The notes beneath the pieces are model-generated. The model ran no database searches. It was not told where the DNA came from and worked only from the letters and a program-made list of their open reading frames with translations. A DNA stretch of 64,000 nt from an uncultured Gammaproteobacteria bacterium (lineage in GTDB: Bacteria; Patescibacteriota; Patescibacteriia; Patescibacteriales; GWC2-42-12): positions 53,256-117,255 of the forward strand of contig CAYSKV010000003.1 of assembly GCA_964431805.1 (NCBI GenBank), written 5' to 3'. Within the stretch, counting starts at the first letter, position 1. Every line of letters starts with the position of its first letter. Below, piece after piece: positions 38,245 through 47,693 of this stretch. A program made the translations under genes and the position numbers.

Positions 38245-38266
38245 ACAGGTTTATAACCTGTTTTTA
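38245..38266 (+). terminator. rho-independent terminator (acaggtt-tat-aacctgt + T5)
   Basis: 7-bp stem plus T-run after the ATP-grasp gene. Confidence 0.5.
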
Positions 38267-38287
38267 TATAAATTTATATAATGTTTT

Positions 38288-40081
38288 ATGAGTAATATTA
38301 GAAATTTTTGCATAATTGCCCATATTGATCATGGTAAATCTACTATGGCTGATCGTATGCTGGAAATTACCGGTACGATTGAAAAAAGAAAAATGAAAGA
38401 TCAGATATTGGATCGCATGGATTTAGAAAGAGAAAGAGGCATAACCATTAAATTGCAGCCAGTAAAAATGGATTATCAAGGTTATGCTTTAAATTTAATT
38501 GATACGCCGGGCCATGTTGATTTTACTTATGAAGTTTCGCGTAGCTTAGCGGCGGTTGAAGGCGCGGTATTACTCGTAGACGCGGCACAAGGTATTCAGG
38601 CGCAAACTTTGGCGAATTTATATTTAGCCTTAGAACAAGATTTAACTATTATTCCGGTAATTAACAAAATTGATTTGCCGGCCGCTAATGTAGAAAAAAC
38701 AAAAAAAGAAATTATTCAACTTTTAGGTTGTAAACCAGAAGAAATTATTTTAGCTTCAGGAAAAACCGGGCAAGGCGTGGAAGAAGTTTTGCAGGCGGTT
38801 ATAAAATATGTGCCAGAGCCGGTTATGTCTAGAGAAAAATCAAGCGATTCAACATTACGCGCTTTAATTTTTGATTCAACTTACGACGAATATCGCGGCG
38901 TGGTCGCGTATATTAGAGTTTTTGGTGGCGCTATAAAAAAAGGTGATAAAATAATACTGTTAGCTACCAAAGCTAAGAGTGAAGCGCTAGACGTAGGAAT
39001 TTTTAAACCAGAATATAAGTCTACTGGAGAATTAAAAACTGGTGAAATTGGTTATATAGTTACCGGGTTTAAAGACGTTAGCGAATGCCGGGTAGGCGAT
39101 ACAATTGCGTTTTTAAATCGTGAAAAAGAAACTGAACCGTTAAAAGGTTATAATGAAGTTAAGCCCATGGTATTTGCTGGAGTATTTCCGCATGAAGGCA
39201 ATGAGTTTGAAGAATTACGAGAAGCAATTTCAAAATTAAAATTAAATGACGCAGCCCTAATTTACGAACCTGAACATTCCGAAGCCTTAGGTTTTGGTTT
39301 TAGATGCGGATTTTTGGGTTTATTGCATTTAGAAATTTTTCAAGAACGTTTAAGTCGAGAATATAATTTAAATTTAACTGTTACCATTCCGAGTGTAGCT
39401 TATAAAGTTTATAAGAAAAATGGTGATGACGCGATTATTAGAAGTCCGCAAAAATTACCCGATCCGACGGAAATAGATAGAATTGAAGAGCCTTGGGTTA
39501 GTCTTGATATTATTGCGCCCAAAGAATATATCGGAGCGATTTTGAATTTAGTTCAAGATAAACGAGGCGTTTATAAAAATACCGAATATATTGATGAGAG
39601 CAGAGTAATTTTACATTATGAAATTCCTATGGCGGCGATTTTAACTGATTTTTATGACAAAATAAAAAGCGTTAGTTCTGGCTACGCCTCCATAAATTAC
39701 GAATTTATCGGCTATAAGCAAGCCGATGTGATAAAAATGGATATTTTAGTGGCAGAAGAAGCGGTTGAAGCATTAGCTATGATAGTTTATCGCGACGATG
39801 CTTTTAAACGAGGCAAAGATGTGGTCAATACTTTAAAAGAAACTTTACCTAAACAAATGTTCGCCATTAAATTACAGGCGGCCGTGGGCGGAAAAATTAT
39901 TGCGGCCGAAAGAATTTCCGCTATGCGTAAAGATGTAACTGCTAAATTATATGGCGGCGACGTATCGCGTAAAAGAAAATTATTAGAAAAACAGAAAAAA
40001 GGCAAAAAGAAAATGGAGGCGCACGGCAAAGGTAGAGTTGAAATTCCTAGCGATGTTTTTGTAAAATTATTAAAAAAATAA
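38288..40081 (+). CDS. lepA: elongation factor 4 (LepA)
   Basis: NFCIIAHIDHGKSTMADR G1 motif, DTPGHVDF G3 motif, and the conserved LepA C-terminal domain. Confidence 0.95.
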   Translation: MSNIRNFCIIAHIDHGKSTMADRMLEITGTIEKRKMKDQILDRMDLERERGITIKLQPVKMDYQGYALNLIDTPGHVDFTYEVSRSLAAVEGAVLLVDAAQGIQAQTLANLYLALEQDLTIIPVINKIDLPAANVEKTKKEIIQLLGCKPEEIILASGKTGQGVEEVLQAVIKYVPEPVMSREKSSDSTLRALIFDSTYDEYRGVVAYIRVFGGAIKKGDKIILLATKAKSEALDVGIFKPEYKSTGELKTGEIGYIVTGFKDVSECRVGDTIAFLNREKETEPLKGYNEVKPMVFAGVFPHEGNEFEELREAISKLKLNDAALIYEPEHSEALGFGFRCGFLGLLHLEIFQERLSREYNLNLTVTIPSVAYKVYKKNGDDAIIRSPQKLPDPTEIDRIEEPWVSLDIIAPKEYIGAILNLVQDKRGVYKNTEYIDESRVILHYEIPMAAILTDFYDKIKSVSSGYASINYEFIGYKQADVIKMDILVAEEAVEALAMIVYRDDAFKRGKDVVNTLKETLPKQMFAIKLQAAVGGKIIAAERISAMRKDVTAKLYGGDVSRKRKLLEKQKKGKKKMEAHGKGRVEIPSDVFVKLLKK

Positions 40082-40116
40082 AGACTTTAAAAAACTTTTT
40101 ATTTAATAAAAATAAT

Positions 40117-40212
40117 ATGAAAAGAAAATCTTTGAATAGAATAATTTGGGCTATTATTAGTATTATGGTAATTTTTTCTATGGTCGCTTGGACTATGGCC
40201 GGATTTTTTTAA
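40117..40212 (+). CDS. candidate 31-aa small hydrophobic peptide
   Basis: MKRKSLNRIIWAIISIMVIFSMVAWTMAGFF, read from the sequence. Below the ORF-track length cutoff. No clear Shine-Dalgarno. Confidence 0.2.
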   Translation: MKRKSLNRIIWAIISIMVIFSMVAWTMAGFF

Positions 40213-40222
40213 TTATTAAATT

Positions 40223-41953
40223 ATGGCTAATAGATGGGAACTTAAATCTGTTGCTGCAAATGATTTTATTAAAAAAAATCCTGAATATAACAAGATTATA
40301 CTTCAGTTGCTTTTTAATAGGCGATTAATAAATAAAGAAGAAATTAAATCGTTTTTTCAACCAGATGAAATTGGCTTGTCCGATCCATTTTTATTAAAGA
40401 ATATGGAAGCAGCAGCCATTTTAACAATTAAAAATATTAAAGAGCAAAATTTAATAGCTGTTTGCGGTGATTACGATACTGATGGCGTAACGGCCACGGC
40501 CGCTTTAATCGAAATTTTAAAAATTTTTAAAGCTAAAACAAGTGTTTTTATCCCCGGCAGAACTAGCGGAGGATATGGTTTAAATAAAAAAGCGATTGAT
40601 GAATTGGCTAAAAATGGAGCTAAATTAATAATTACGGTTGATAATGGTATTCGTAGTAAAGAAGAAGTAATTTATGCTAAAAAATTGGGATTAGATGTAA
40701 TTATTACTGATCATCATGAACCGCCGCTAGATAAAAATGATTGGCCGGATTGTTTAATTATTAATCCTAAAGCTGAAGATTATTCTTATAAAAGTTTAGC
40801 CGGTGTGGGTGTGGCTTTTAAATTTATCCAAGGTTTAATTAAACTTTCTAAATTAAACGAACAATTGAAAAATAAATTAGCGGAAAAAGTTTTGGATTTA
40901 GTAGCTATTGGCACGGTGGCTGATATGGTGAGTTTGCTTGGAGAAAACAGAACGTTGGTTAGTCAAGGCTTAAAAGTAATAAATCAAGGAAAACGGCTTG
41001 GTATAGCTGAGTTGATAAAAGTAGCGCAAACTAACGGTAATTTAAATAAAAAAGTAAATTCATTTCATATTGGTTGGCAAATTTCCCCAAGATTAAATTC
41101 AGCCGGCCGCATGGATCATGCTAATACGGCCTATGAACTTTTAATTACTAAGGATAAAACCGAAGCGCAAACTATCGCTAAAAAATTAAACGTAAAAAAT
41201 AGCGAAAGACAAAAAATAACTGAAGAAATAACCGCTTATTGCTGTGAAATTATTGAAAAAAGAATGCTTAATGATAAAATGTTGGCCGTTTGTTCGCCTA
41301 ATATTGAAGATGATTCGGCCGAAGGTTGGCAGGAAGGTGTGGTTGGGTTAGTGGCTGGACGATTATGTGAAAAATACGCTAGACCAGTCTTAGTGATTAC
41401 TAAAACAAAAAATGAAATAAAAGGTTCGGGCAGAAGTATTGATGAATTTAATATTATGAAAGCGGTTGAAGGTTCAAGTGAATTTTTAGAAAAATTTGGC
41501 GGGCATGCGGCAGCCTGTGGGTTTACTTTAAAAAGTAAAAAAGATTTAGATGGTTTTATAAAACAAACTAAGAAAATTGCTAATCAGGCTTTAGCTAAAA
41601 TTGAATTATCATCTAAAATTTTAATTGAAGCAGAGATCGATTTATTAGATATTAATGACGAATTATTAGAAGCTTTAGAGAAGTTTGAGCCATATGGAGA
41701 AGATAACGATAAGCCAAAATTTTTAAGTAGAGGTTTAAAAATAATGGATAAAGTAAATATGGGAGCTGATGCTCAACATATTAAATTTAGATTTGATTCA
41801 ATCTGGGCGGTAGCTTTTAGCCAAGCGGAAAATTTAAAAGATTTTAAAATAGGCGATGAAGTTGACGTAGTTTATTATTTAGAATTTAATGAATTTAATG
41901 GTCGGCGTACGGCGCAAATGAAAATTGTAGATATAAAATTAAATAAAAAATAA
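40223..41953 (+). CDS. recJ: single-stranded-DNA-specific exonuclease RecJ
   Basis: DHH motifs (GDYDTDGVTA, ITDHHEP) and the DHHA1 region. Confidence 0.9.
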   Translation: MANRWELKSVAANDFIKKNPEYNKIILQLLFNRRLINKEEIKSFFQPDEIGLSDPFLLKNMEAAAILTIKNIKEQNLIAVCGDYDTDGVTATAALIEILKIFKAKTSVFIPGRTSGGYGLNKKAIDELAKNGAKLIITVDNGIRSKEEVIYAKKLGLDVIITDHHEPPLDKNDWPDCLIINPKAEDYSYKSLAGVGVAFKFIQGLIKLSKLNEQLKNKLAEKVLDLVAIGTVADMVSLLGENRTLVSQGLKVINQGKRLGIAELIKVAQTNGNLNKKVNSFHIGWQISPRLNSAGRMDHANTAYELLITKDKTEAQTIAKKLNVKNSERQKITEEITAYCCEIIEKRMLNDKMLAVCSPNIEDDSAEGWQEGVVGLVAGRLCEKYARPVLVITKTKNEIKGSGRSIDEFNIMKAVEGSSEFLEKFGGHAAACGFTLKSKKDLDGFIKQTKKIANQALAKIELSSKILIEAEIDLLDINDELLEALEKFEPYGEDNDKPKFLSRGLKIMDKVNMGADAQHIKFRFDSIWAVAFSQAENLKDFKIGDEVDVVYYLEFNEFNGRRTAQMKIVDIKLNKK

Positions 41954-41955
41954 TT

Positions 41956-42369
41956 ATGAAATATGAAAAATTAAAACTTTTTACTGACGGCGGAGCGCGT
42001 GGTAACCCTGGGCCGGCCGGAATCGGCGCGGTAATTTTTGATGAAAAGGGAAATGTTGTAGCCGAAATTTCTGAATATATTGGTGAAACCACAAACAACC
42101 AAGCCGAGTATAAAGCTTTAATTGCTGGCCTAACAAAAGCTAAAGAACTGGGGGCGAGCGAGCTTGAAGTATTTTTAGATTCAGAACTCGTAGTAAAGCA
42201 ATTAAACCGAGAATATCGGGTTAAAGATAAAGACCTTGCGCCTTTATTTGTCCAAGTGTATAATACTTCATTAAGTTTTAAAAAGATTATTTTTAAGCAT
42301 ATTTTTAGAGAAAAGAATGAATTAGCCGATAAATTAGTTAATCAAGCCTTAGATAAGGCTGGTAAATAA
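41956..42369 (+). CDS. rnhA: ribonuclease HI
   Basis: FTDGGARGNPGPAGIG N-terminal motif with the first catalytic Asp. 137 aa. Confidence 0.85.
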   Translation: MKYEKLKLFTDGGARGNPGPAGIGAVIFDEKGNVVAEISEYIGETTNNQAEYKALIAGLTKAKELGASELEVFLDSELVVKQLNREYRVKDKDLAPLFVQVYNTSLSFKKIIFKHIFREKNELADKLVNQALDKAGK

Positions 42370-42373
42370 TTAA

Positions 42374-42447
42374 GGACGCATGGCTCAGTTGGTTAGAGCG
42401 CTCCGTTCACATCGGAGAGGTCGAAGGTCCGAGTCCTTCTGCGTCCA
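42374..42447 (+). tRNA. tRNA-Val (anticodon CAC)
   Basis: Acceptor GGACGCA/TGCGTCC, D-arm GCTC-AGTTGGTTA-GAGC, anticodon stem CTCCG/CGGAG with loop TTCACAT, T-arm GAAGG-TCCGAGT-CCTTC, discriminator A. Confidence 0.8.
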
Positions 42448-42503
42448 CAATTGAATTTAATAATTTAAACAATAAATTTAATGAACGCTTAGGAGGATTG
42501 AAG

Positions 42504-42629
42504 ATGAAAACAAAATGCAGTTGTGCTAATGAACATTGTTGTCATAAGAAAGTTAAAAGAAAAACGATATTCGATAAAAAAGCGGAAGAAAATTTATTAG
42601 GGAAACCTGTGCTGCTCCCGATTGTCTAA
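42504..42629 (+). CDS. candidate 41-aa Cys-rich small protein (MKTKCSCANEHCCHKK...)
   Basis: Perfect AGGAGG Shine-Dalgarno 7 nt upstream. CSC...HCCH cluster suggests metal binding. Not in the ORF track (too short). Confidence 0.35.
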   Translation: MKTKCSCANEHCCHKKVKRKTIFDKKAEENLLGKPVLLPIV

Positions 42630-42695
42630 AGCATTTGGGAGATGGGTTGTTGAATTAATCGGTCTTTTTAAATTTATTTTTAGGGGGAATAAATT

Positions 42696-43013
42696 ATGAA
42701 GAATGATAAATCCGGAGGCTTTTATTTTGTTTTGTCAATTTTTTTGTTAGGTTTTTTAGGAACAGCTGCTATTATTCTTTATCAGAACCAGATCGTTTTG
42801 CCAAGAGTAAGAGTTTTTCTGTTCGTCGGTTTTGACGAAGTAGCCAGCCGGTTAGCGATATATAAATGGCTATCTGGTGTAGTAGCGATTTATTTTTTAT
42901 TTTTTTTGTTTTATAGCAGATACGCAAAAAATAAAAAATTGCGCGAAGAAAGGTTGTCCGAAAAATTTTTACATGAGCAATCAGAAAGAGAGGGGGGAAT
43001 TCTGGAAGCATGA
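42696..43013 (+). CDS. hypothetical small membrane protein
   Basis: Strong AGGGGG Shine-Dalgarno. Two hydrophobic helices and a charged C-terminal tail. Confidence 0.45.
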   Translation: MKNDKSGGFYFVLSIFLLGFLGTAAIILYQNQIVLPRVRVFLFVGFDEVASRLAIYKWLSGVVAIYFLFFLFYSRYAKNKKLREERLSEKFLHEQSEREGGILEA

Positions 43014-43141
43014 TAGAAATAATAAATCAAATAGTCGCTTGGTCTAACGGACATATGGTCAATATAATTGTCGCCATCGTGGCAGTAGGTTTTTTCCTTA
43101 TCCATGTTTATGATATAGGCGGCGGGAACGTAAAGGCATAG
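43010..43141 (+). CDS. candidate 43-aa hydrophobic peptide, translationally coupled (ATGA overlap)
   Basis: MIEIINQIVAWSNGHMVNIIVAIVAVGFFLIHVYDIGGGNVKA. Its start overlaps the stop of the upstream ORF. Confidence 0.3.
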   Translation: MIEIINQIVAWSNGHMVNIIVAIVAVGFFLIHVYDIGGGNVKA

Positions 43142-43165
43142 TTATACTTAGTTAAGGGGTGGAAT

Positions 43166-43351
43166 ATGAGGTGCCGAAAAATAATAGATGCCAGCGAGTC
43201 TTTAAAAGGGCGGGGCTTTAAAATACCTGACAAAGAGACTTTACGCCATCAGGATGAAATGCGCGCCGGAGAAGAAATTCTTCGAAGAAGAGGAACTCAA
43301 TTTGGTATACATCTTTCCCTGGATTATTTATTTAGGAGAGGGCGGGGATAA
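43166..43351 (+). CDS. hypothetical small basic (Arg-rich) protein
   Basis: 61 aa with an AAGGGGTGG Shine-Dalgarno. RRRG/RRGRG composition suggests nucleic-acid binding. Confidence 0.35.
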   Translation: MRCRKIIDASESLKGRGFKIPDKETLRHQDEMRAGEEILRRRGTQFGIHLSLDYLFRRGRG

Positions 43352-43361
43352 TTAAATTGTT

Positions 43362-43396
43362 AAGCTACGATTGATTTTGAGTCGTAGCTTTTTTAT
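43362..43396 (+). terminator. rho-independent terminator (aagctacga-...-tcgtagctt + T6)
   Basis: 9-bp stem followed by a T-run. Closes the small-ORF islet. Confidence 0.55.
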
Positions 43397-43425
43397 TTGA
43401 CTTTTTTTCCATTTAATGGTAATAT
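43397..43425 (+). promoter_or_regulatory. putative rnpB promoter (TTGACT-17-TAATAT)
   Basis: TTGACT 43397-43402 and TAATAT 43420-43425, about 35 nt upstream of the RNase P RNA P1 helix. Confidence 0.4.
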
Positions 43426-43458
43426 TTTTATATAATTTGTTCCTTATATTTTACTAAT

Positions 43459-43847
43459 ATCAAGGTAAGCGGATGATTGCTTTGATTTTTATCAAAGAGG
43501 AAAGTCCGGACTCCAAAAGTACTTTTGTACTGGAAAGCGGCAATGGATAACGTCCATCAAGAGTAATCTTAGGGAAAGTGCCACAGAGACAATACTAGTC
43601 TGCCTTTTGGGCGGATGAAAGGTGAAAAGTTACGCAGTGTTTAAGTTATGTAAGGATATCCAAATAACTTAGGCTAGGCGTATTCTGCGCTGGTGACAGC
43701 GTTAGACGGCAAACCCTGCCTGGAGCAAGAGCAAACTACACCGCATTTTGCGATGTAATGAAAAGTAGCTCGCTTGACCGTAGCGGTAACGCTAAGGCTA
43801 GATAGATAATCATTTAGACAGAATCCGGCTTATAGCTTGCCTTGATA
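43459..43847 (+). ncRNA. rnpB: RNase P RNA (bacterial type A)
   Basis: Universally conserved P4 strands GAGGAAAGTCCGGACTCCA (5') and ACAGAATCCGGCTTATAG (3'). GGAGCAAG and GTGCCACAGAGA motifs. P1 pairing caaggtaagc / gcttgccttg. Confidence 0.85.
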
Positions 43848-43901
43848 TTAGTGAAATATAACTCATATAACACGCAGTTGCGTGTTATATTTTAGTAATT
43901 T

Positions 43902-45323
43902 ATGAAACAAAGCGAATTATTTTTTTCATTTTTACTGGTACCATTAGATTTTTTAATGATTATTTTTGCTGGCATCTCAGCTTATTATTTGCGTTTTGCC
44001 AGCGTAGCAACTGAAATTAGACCGGTGATTTTTAATTTACCATTTAGTGATTATTTTCAGATTTTATTATTAATTGCTGTGGCCTGGGTAATTATTTTTG
44101 CTTTTGCTGGTTTATATAGCATAAAAAGTTCTCGTCGTTTAACCACAGAAATTTATCGAGTGATTTTAGCTTGCTCAACCGGTCTAATGTTAATAGTAAT
44201 TATGATTTTTGCTTTTAGGGAATTATTTTCCTCTCGTTTTATAGTTTTGGCTGGTTGGCTTTTAGCTATAATTTATATAAGTTTTGCCAGAATGATTGTT
44301 AGGTTGATTCAGAGAATTTTATTAAGATATGGCATTGGTATTCATAAAATTGTTTTAGTAGGCGATAGCAATACTGCCGACGCTTTAATTTATGAATTTT
44401 CTAGCAGAAAAAATTCAGGCTATGAGATTGTAAAACGATTGAAGAATTTTAGTTTAGAGGCAATGGATGATTTAACTGAATTTATGAAGACCTGCAAGGT
44501 TGATGAAATTATGCAAAGCGATCCTAATTTAAGCAAAGCTGAAGTAATCAGGCTATTTGATTTTGCCGATGAAAATCATATTATTTTTAAATACGCTGCT
44601 GATTTGTTAGGAGCTAAAGTATTAAAAACTGAAGTTTCTGAAATTGCTGGTATCCCGGTAGTTGAAGTAAAAAAGACGCCGCTTGAAGGCTGGGGCAGAA
44701 TTACTAAAAGAATTTTTGATATTATATTTTCTTTATTTTTTATAATAATTTTTAGTCCGATTCTTATTGTTGCCGCTATTATGGTTAAATTGGATTCTCG
44801 CGGTCCGATTATTTATAAAAATGAACGAGTTCTAAAAAATGGCACCTTTAAATTGTTTAAATTTAGATCAATGATTTATCAATATTGTGTAGGCGATGAT
44901 TATGGCAATGACCAGGCATTAGAGTTAGAAAAAAAATTAATTGAAGAAAAAAGTATTAAGGCCGGCCCGGTTTATAAAATTGCCGATGATCCGCGTTTAA
45001 CTAAAGTTGGTAAATTTATTAGGCGCTGGAGTATTGACGAATTACCGCAATTTTTTAATGTTTTTATAGGTGATATGAGTTTAGTCGGTCCGCGACCACA
45101 TCAACCCAGAGAAGTTGCTAAATATGAACGTCATCATAAAAAAGTTTTGTCAATTAAACCAGGGTTAACTGGTTTAGCTCAGATTTCTGGGCGTAGCGAT
45201 TTAAGTTTTGAAGATGAAGTCAAATTAGATAGTTATTATATTGAAAATTGGTCTCTAATATTTGATATTGCCATTCTACTTAGAACGCCATTGGCGGTTA
45301 TAAGAGGCAGAAAAGTAGAATAA
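43902..45323 (+). CDS. undecaprenyl-phosphate sugar phosphotransferase (WbaP/bacterial sugar transferase family)
   Basis: N-terminal TM helices. C-terminal RIFDIIFS...KLDSRGPIIYKNERV...KFRSM...GPRP motifs of PF02397. Confidence 0.85.
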   Translation: MKQSELFFSFLLVPLDFLMIIFAGISAYYLRFASVATEIRPVIFNLPFSDYFQILLLIAVAWVIIFAFAGLYSIKSSRRLTTEIYRVILACSTGLMLIVIMIFAFRELFSSRFIVLAGWLLAIIYISFARMIVRLIQRILLRYGIGIHKIVLVGDSNTADALIYEFSSRKNSGYEIVKRLKNFSLEAMDDLTEFMKTCKVDEIMQSDPNLSKAEVIRLFDFADENHIIFKYAADLLGAKVLKTEVSEIAGIPVVEVKKTPLEGWGRITKRIFDIIFSLFFIIIFSPILIVAAIMVKLDSRGPIIYKNERVLKNGTFKLFKFRSMIYQYCVGDDYGNDQALELEKKLIEEKSIKAGPVYKIADDPRLTKVGKFIRRWSIDELPQFFNVFIGDMSLVGPRPHQPREVAKYERHHKKVLSIKPGLTGLAQISGRSDLSFEDEVKLDSYYIENWSLIFDIAILLRTPLAVIRGRKVE

Positions 45324-45362
45324 AATTTTAGGGCCATTAAATTTTAACTTGATAAAATAAAT

Positions 45363-46469
45363 ATGAAAGTAGCTCTAATTCATGATCATTTAGCTCAAGA
45401 CGGCGGAGCAGAAAAAGTTTTAAAAGTGCTAGCGGACATGTTCCCACAAGCGCCGATTTATACTTTACTTTATGAAAAGAAAAATGCTGATAAGTATTAT
45501 CGCCATCGCCGAATTGAAACTTCTATAATTCAAAAATTACCAGGCGGCGTAAAACATTATCAGTGGTATATGCCATTCATGCCTATGGCTATAGAATTTT
45601 TTGATTTATCAAACTTTGATTTAGTGATTTCCGATTCTAGCTCATTTGCTAAAGGCGTAGTAACTTCAAGCCATGCTTTACATGTTTGTTATTGCCATAC
45701 GCCGACCCGCTATCTTTGGAGTGATACTCATCAATATATTAACGAATTAAAATATAATAAATATTTTAAGAAAGTAATCTCTTTAGTTTTAAATTATATT
45801 AGAATGTGGGACAGGCTGGCCGCGGATAGAGTTGATAAATATATTGCTAATTCCAGTTTCGTAGCTAAAAGAATAAAAAAATATTATAAACAAGAATCAA
45901 CCGTAATTTACCCTCCAGTAGAAACAGAACGATTTAAAATTGCTGAAAAAGTTGGCGATTATTTTTTAATCGGTGGTCGCTTAGCGCCCTATAAAAGAGT
46001 TGACATGGTAATTGAAGCTTGTAAAAAAACAGGCAAGAAATTAAAAGTTTACGGCGACGGGATAGATTTGGAGCGACTTAAAAAAATAGCCAAAGGTTAC
46101 CCTAATATTGAATTTTTGGGCTGGGTGGACGATACGGCTAAAGCTGAACTTTATAGCCACTCATTAGCCTTTATTTACCCCCAGGAAGAGGATTTCGGCA
46201 TTACCGCGGTTGAAGCTATGGCTTCGGGCCGTCCGGTAATCGCTTATCGTTCTGGCGGCGCTATAGAAACTGTGAAAGATGGCGAAACGGGAATATTTTT
46301 TAATGAACAAACGGTTGACAGTTTAGCCGAAGCTTTAAAGAGTTTTGATAATGCAAAATTTAATCCGATGATAATTAAGCGACACGCCGAACAATTCAGC
46401 GTAGAGAGGTTTAAAAAAGAAATTAGTAAATATATAGAAGAATCATGGGAAAATTTTAAAAATAATTAA
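45363..46469 (+). CDS. glycosyltransferase family 4
   Basis: EDFGITAVEAMASGRPVIA GT4 E-x7-E region. Confidence 0.8.
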   Translation: MKVALIHDHLAQDGGAEKVLKVLADMFPQAPIYTLLYEKKNADKYYRHRRIETSIIQKLPGGVKHYQWYMPFMPMAIEFFDLSNFDLVISDSSSFAKGVVTSSHALHVCYCHTPTRYLWSDTHQYINELKYNKYFKKVISLVLNYIRMWDRLAADRVDKYIANSSFVAKRIKKYYKQESTVIYPPVETERFKIAEKVGDYFLIGGRLAPYKRVDMVIEACKKTGKKLKVYGDGIDLERLKKIAKGYPNIEFLGWVDDTAKAELYSHSLAFIYPQEEDFGITAVEAMASGRPVIAYRSGGAIETVKDGETGIFFNEQTVDSLAEALKSFDNAKFNPMIIKRHAEQFSVERFKKEISKYIEESWENFKNN

Positions 46470-47618
46470 ATGAAAGTCGGTATAGACATACGAACTCTAA
46501 TGGATGCGCAATATAGCGGCGTATCCGAATATACGTTTAATTTAATTAAGGAGATTTTAAGGCTGGATAATCTTAATGAATACCGGCTTTTTTATAATTC
46601 ATTTGGCGATTGTTTAAACATCCCAGAATTTAAAGAAAAAAATGTTAAGCTAGTTAAATATAAATATCCTAATAAAGTTTTAAATTATCTGTTTTTTAAA
46701 ATTTTTAATTATCCTAAAATAGATAAAGAACTTGAAGTTGATGTATTTTTTATGCCGCATATAAATTTTATTGGTAAATCCTCGGTTGGCAAAAGTTTAG
46801 TTACTATTCATGATTTGTCCTTTTTAAAATACTCAGAATTTTTTAGCTGGCGCAAAAATTTTTGGCATAAAATGGTTAATGTTAAAAAATTAATTAAGCG
46901 TTTTGATAGGGTAGTGGCGGTAAGCGAAAATACTAAAAAAGATATTATAGATTTATGCGGAATAAATGAAAATAAAATAGAAGTTATTTATCCAGGATTA
47001 GGGGGCGAGTTTATAAACGCAGAAATAAATAAAGATAAATTAGAAGATGTTAAAATTAAATATAATTTACCGGATAAATATATATTATATTTAGGCACGA
47101 TTGAACCGCGGAAAAATGTTGATGGCATAATTAAAGCTTATAATGAATTAAGAAATACATATAACGAGATGAAAGATTATAAATTAGTAATAGCTGGCGG
47201 CAAAGGCTGGAAGAGCAATAATATTTATAAAGAATGGGGAAAATCTGAATTTAAAAATGATATTAATTTTTTAGGTTATATAGACGGTGAAGATAAAATA
47301 TATTTATATAATTTAGCCAGCGTATTTATTTATCCTTCTTTTTATGAAGGTTTTGGTTTTCCGCCGCTTGAAGCTATGGCTTCCGGCGTGCCCGTTGTTG
47401 TTAGTTATGCCGCTAGTTTGCCTGAAGTCGCTGGCAGTGCGGCATTAATGGTTAACCCCTACAATATTAATGATATGGCGCGAGCGCTTAAAGAGATATT
47501 AACTGATGAAAATTTAAAAAATAAATTAATAAAACAAGGCTTAGAACAAGCTAAAAAGTTTAGTTGGGAAAATACGGCTAAAGAATATTTAAAAATATTC
47601 AACCATGAACCCCGTTAG
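46470..47618 (+). CDS. glycosyltransferase family 4
   Basis: EGFGFPPLEAMASGVPVV GT4 motif. Its stop codon TAG lies inside the left arm of the 88-bp inverted-repeat element. Confidence 0.8.
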   Translation: MKVGIDIRTLMDAQYSGVSEYTFNLIKEILRLDNLNEYRLFYNSFGDCLNIPEFKEKNVKLVKYKYPNKVLNYLFFKIFNYPKIDKELEVDVFFMPHINFIGKSSVGKSLVTIHDLSFLKYSEFFSWRKNFWHKMVNVKKLIKRFDRVVAVSENTKKDIIDLCGINENKIEVIYPGLGGEFINAEINKDKLEDVKIKYNLPDKYILYLGTIEPRKNVDGIIKAYNELRNTYNEMKDYKLVIAGGKGWKSNNIYKEWGKSEFKNDINFLGYIDGEDKIYLYNLASVFIYPSFYEGFGFPPLEAMASGVPVVVSYAASLPEVAGSAALMVNPYNINDMARALKEILTDENLKNKLIKQGLEQAKKFSWENTAKEYLKIFNHEPR

Positions 47619-47693
47619 AAATAATCGACATGACCGGGGCTATTTGTGAAAAATTATGAATGAAAAAAATAATATAATTTCTAACGGGGTGAA
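47606..47693. repeat. 88-bp element with 13-bp perfect terminal inverted repeats (core CCCCGTTAGAA plus two covarying bases), copy 2
   Basis: Left arm tgaaccccgttagaaat, right arm atttctaacggggtgaa. The stop of the upstream GT4 gene and the start and first 12 codons of the downstream ORF lie inside it. Confidence 0.55.

Noticed and set aside
43431-43436. Alternative rnpB promoter using TATAAT at 43431-43436
   Set aside because: No acceptable -35 hexamer at 16-18 nt spacing. TTGACT-17-TAATAT upstream fits better, though neither is verified.
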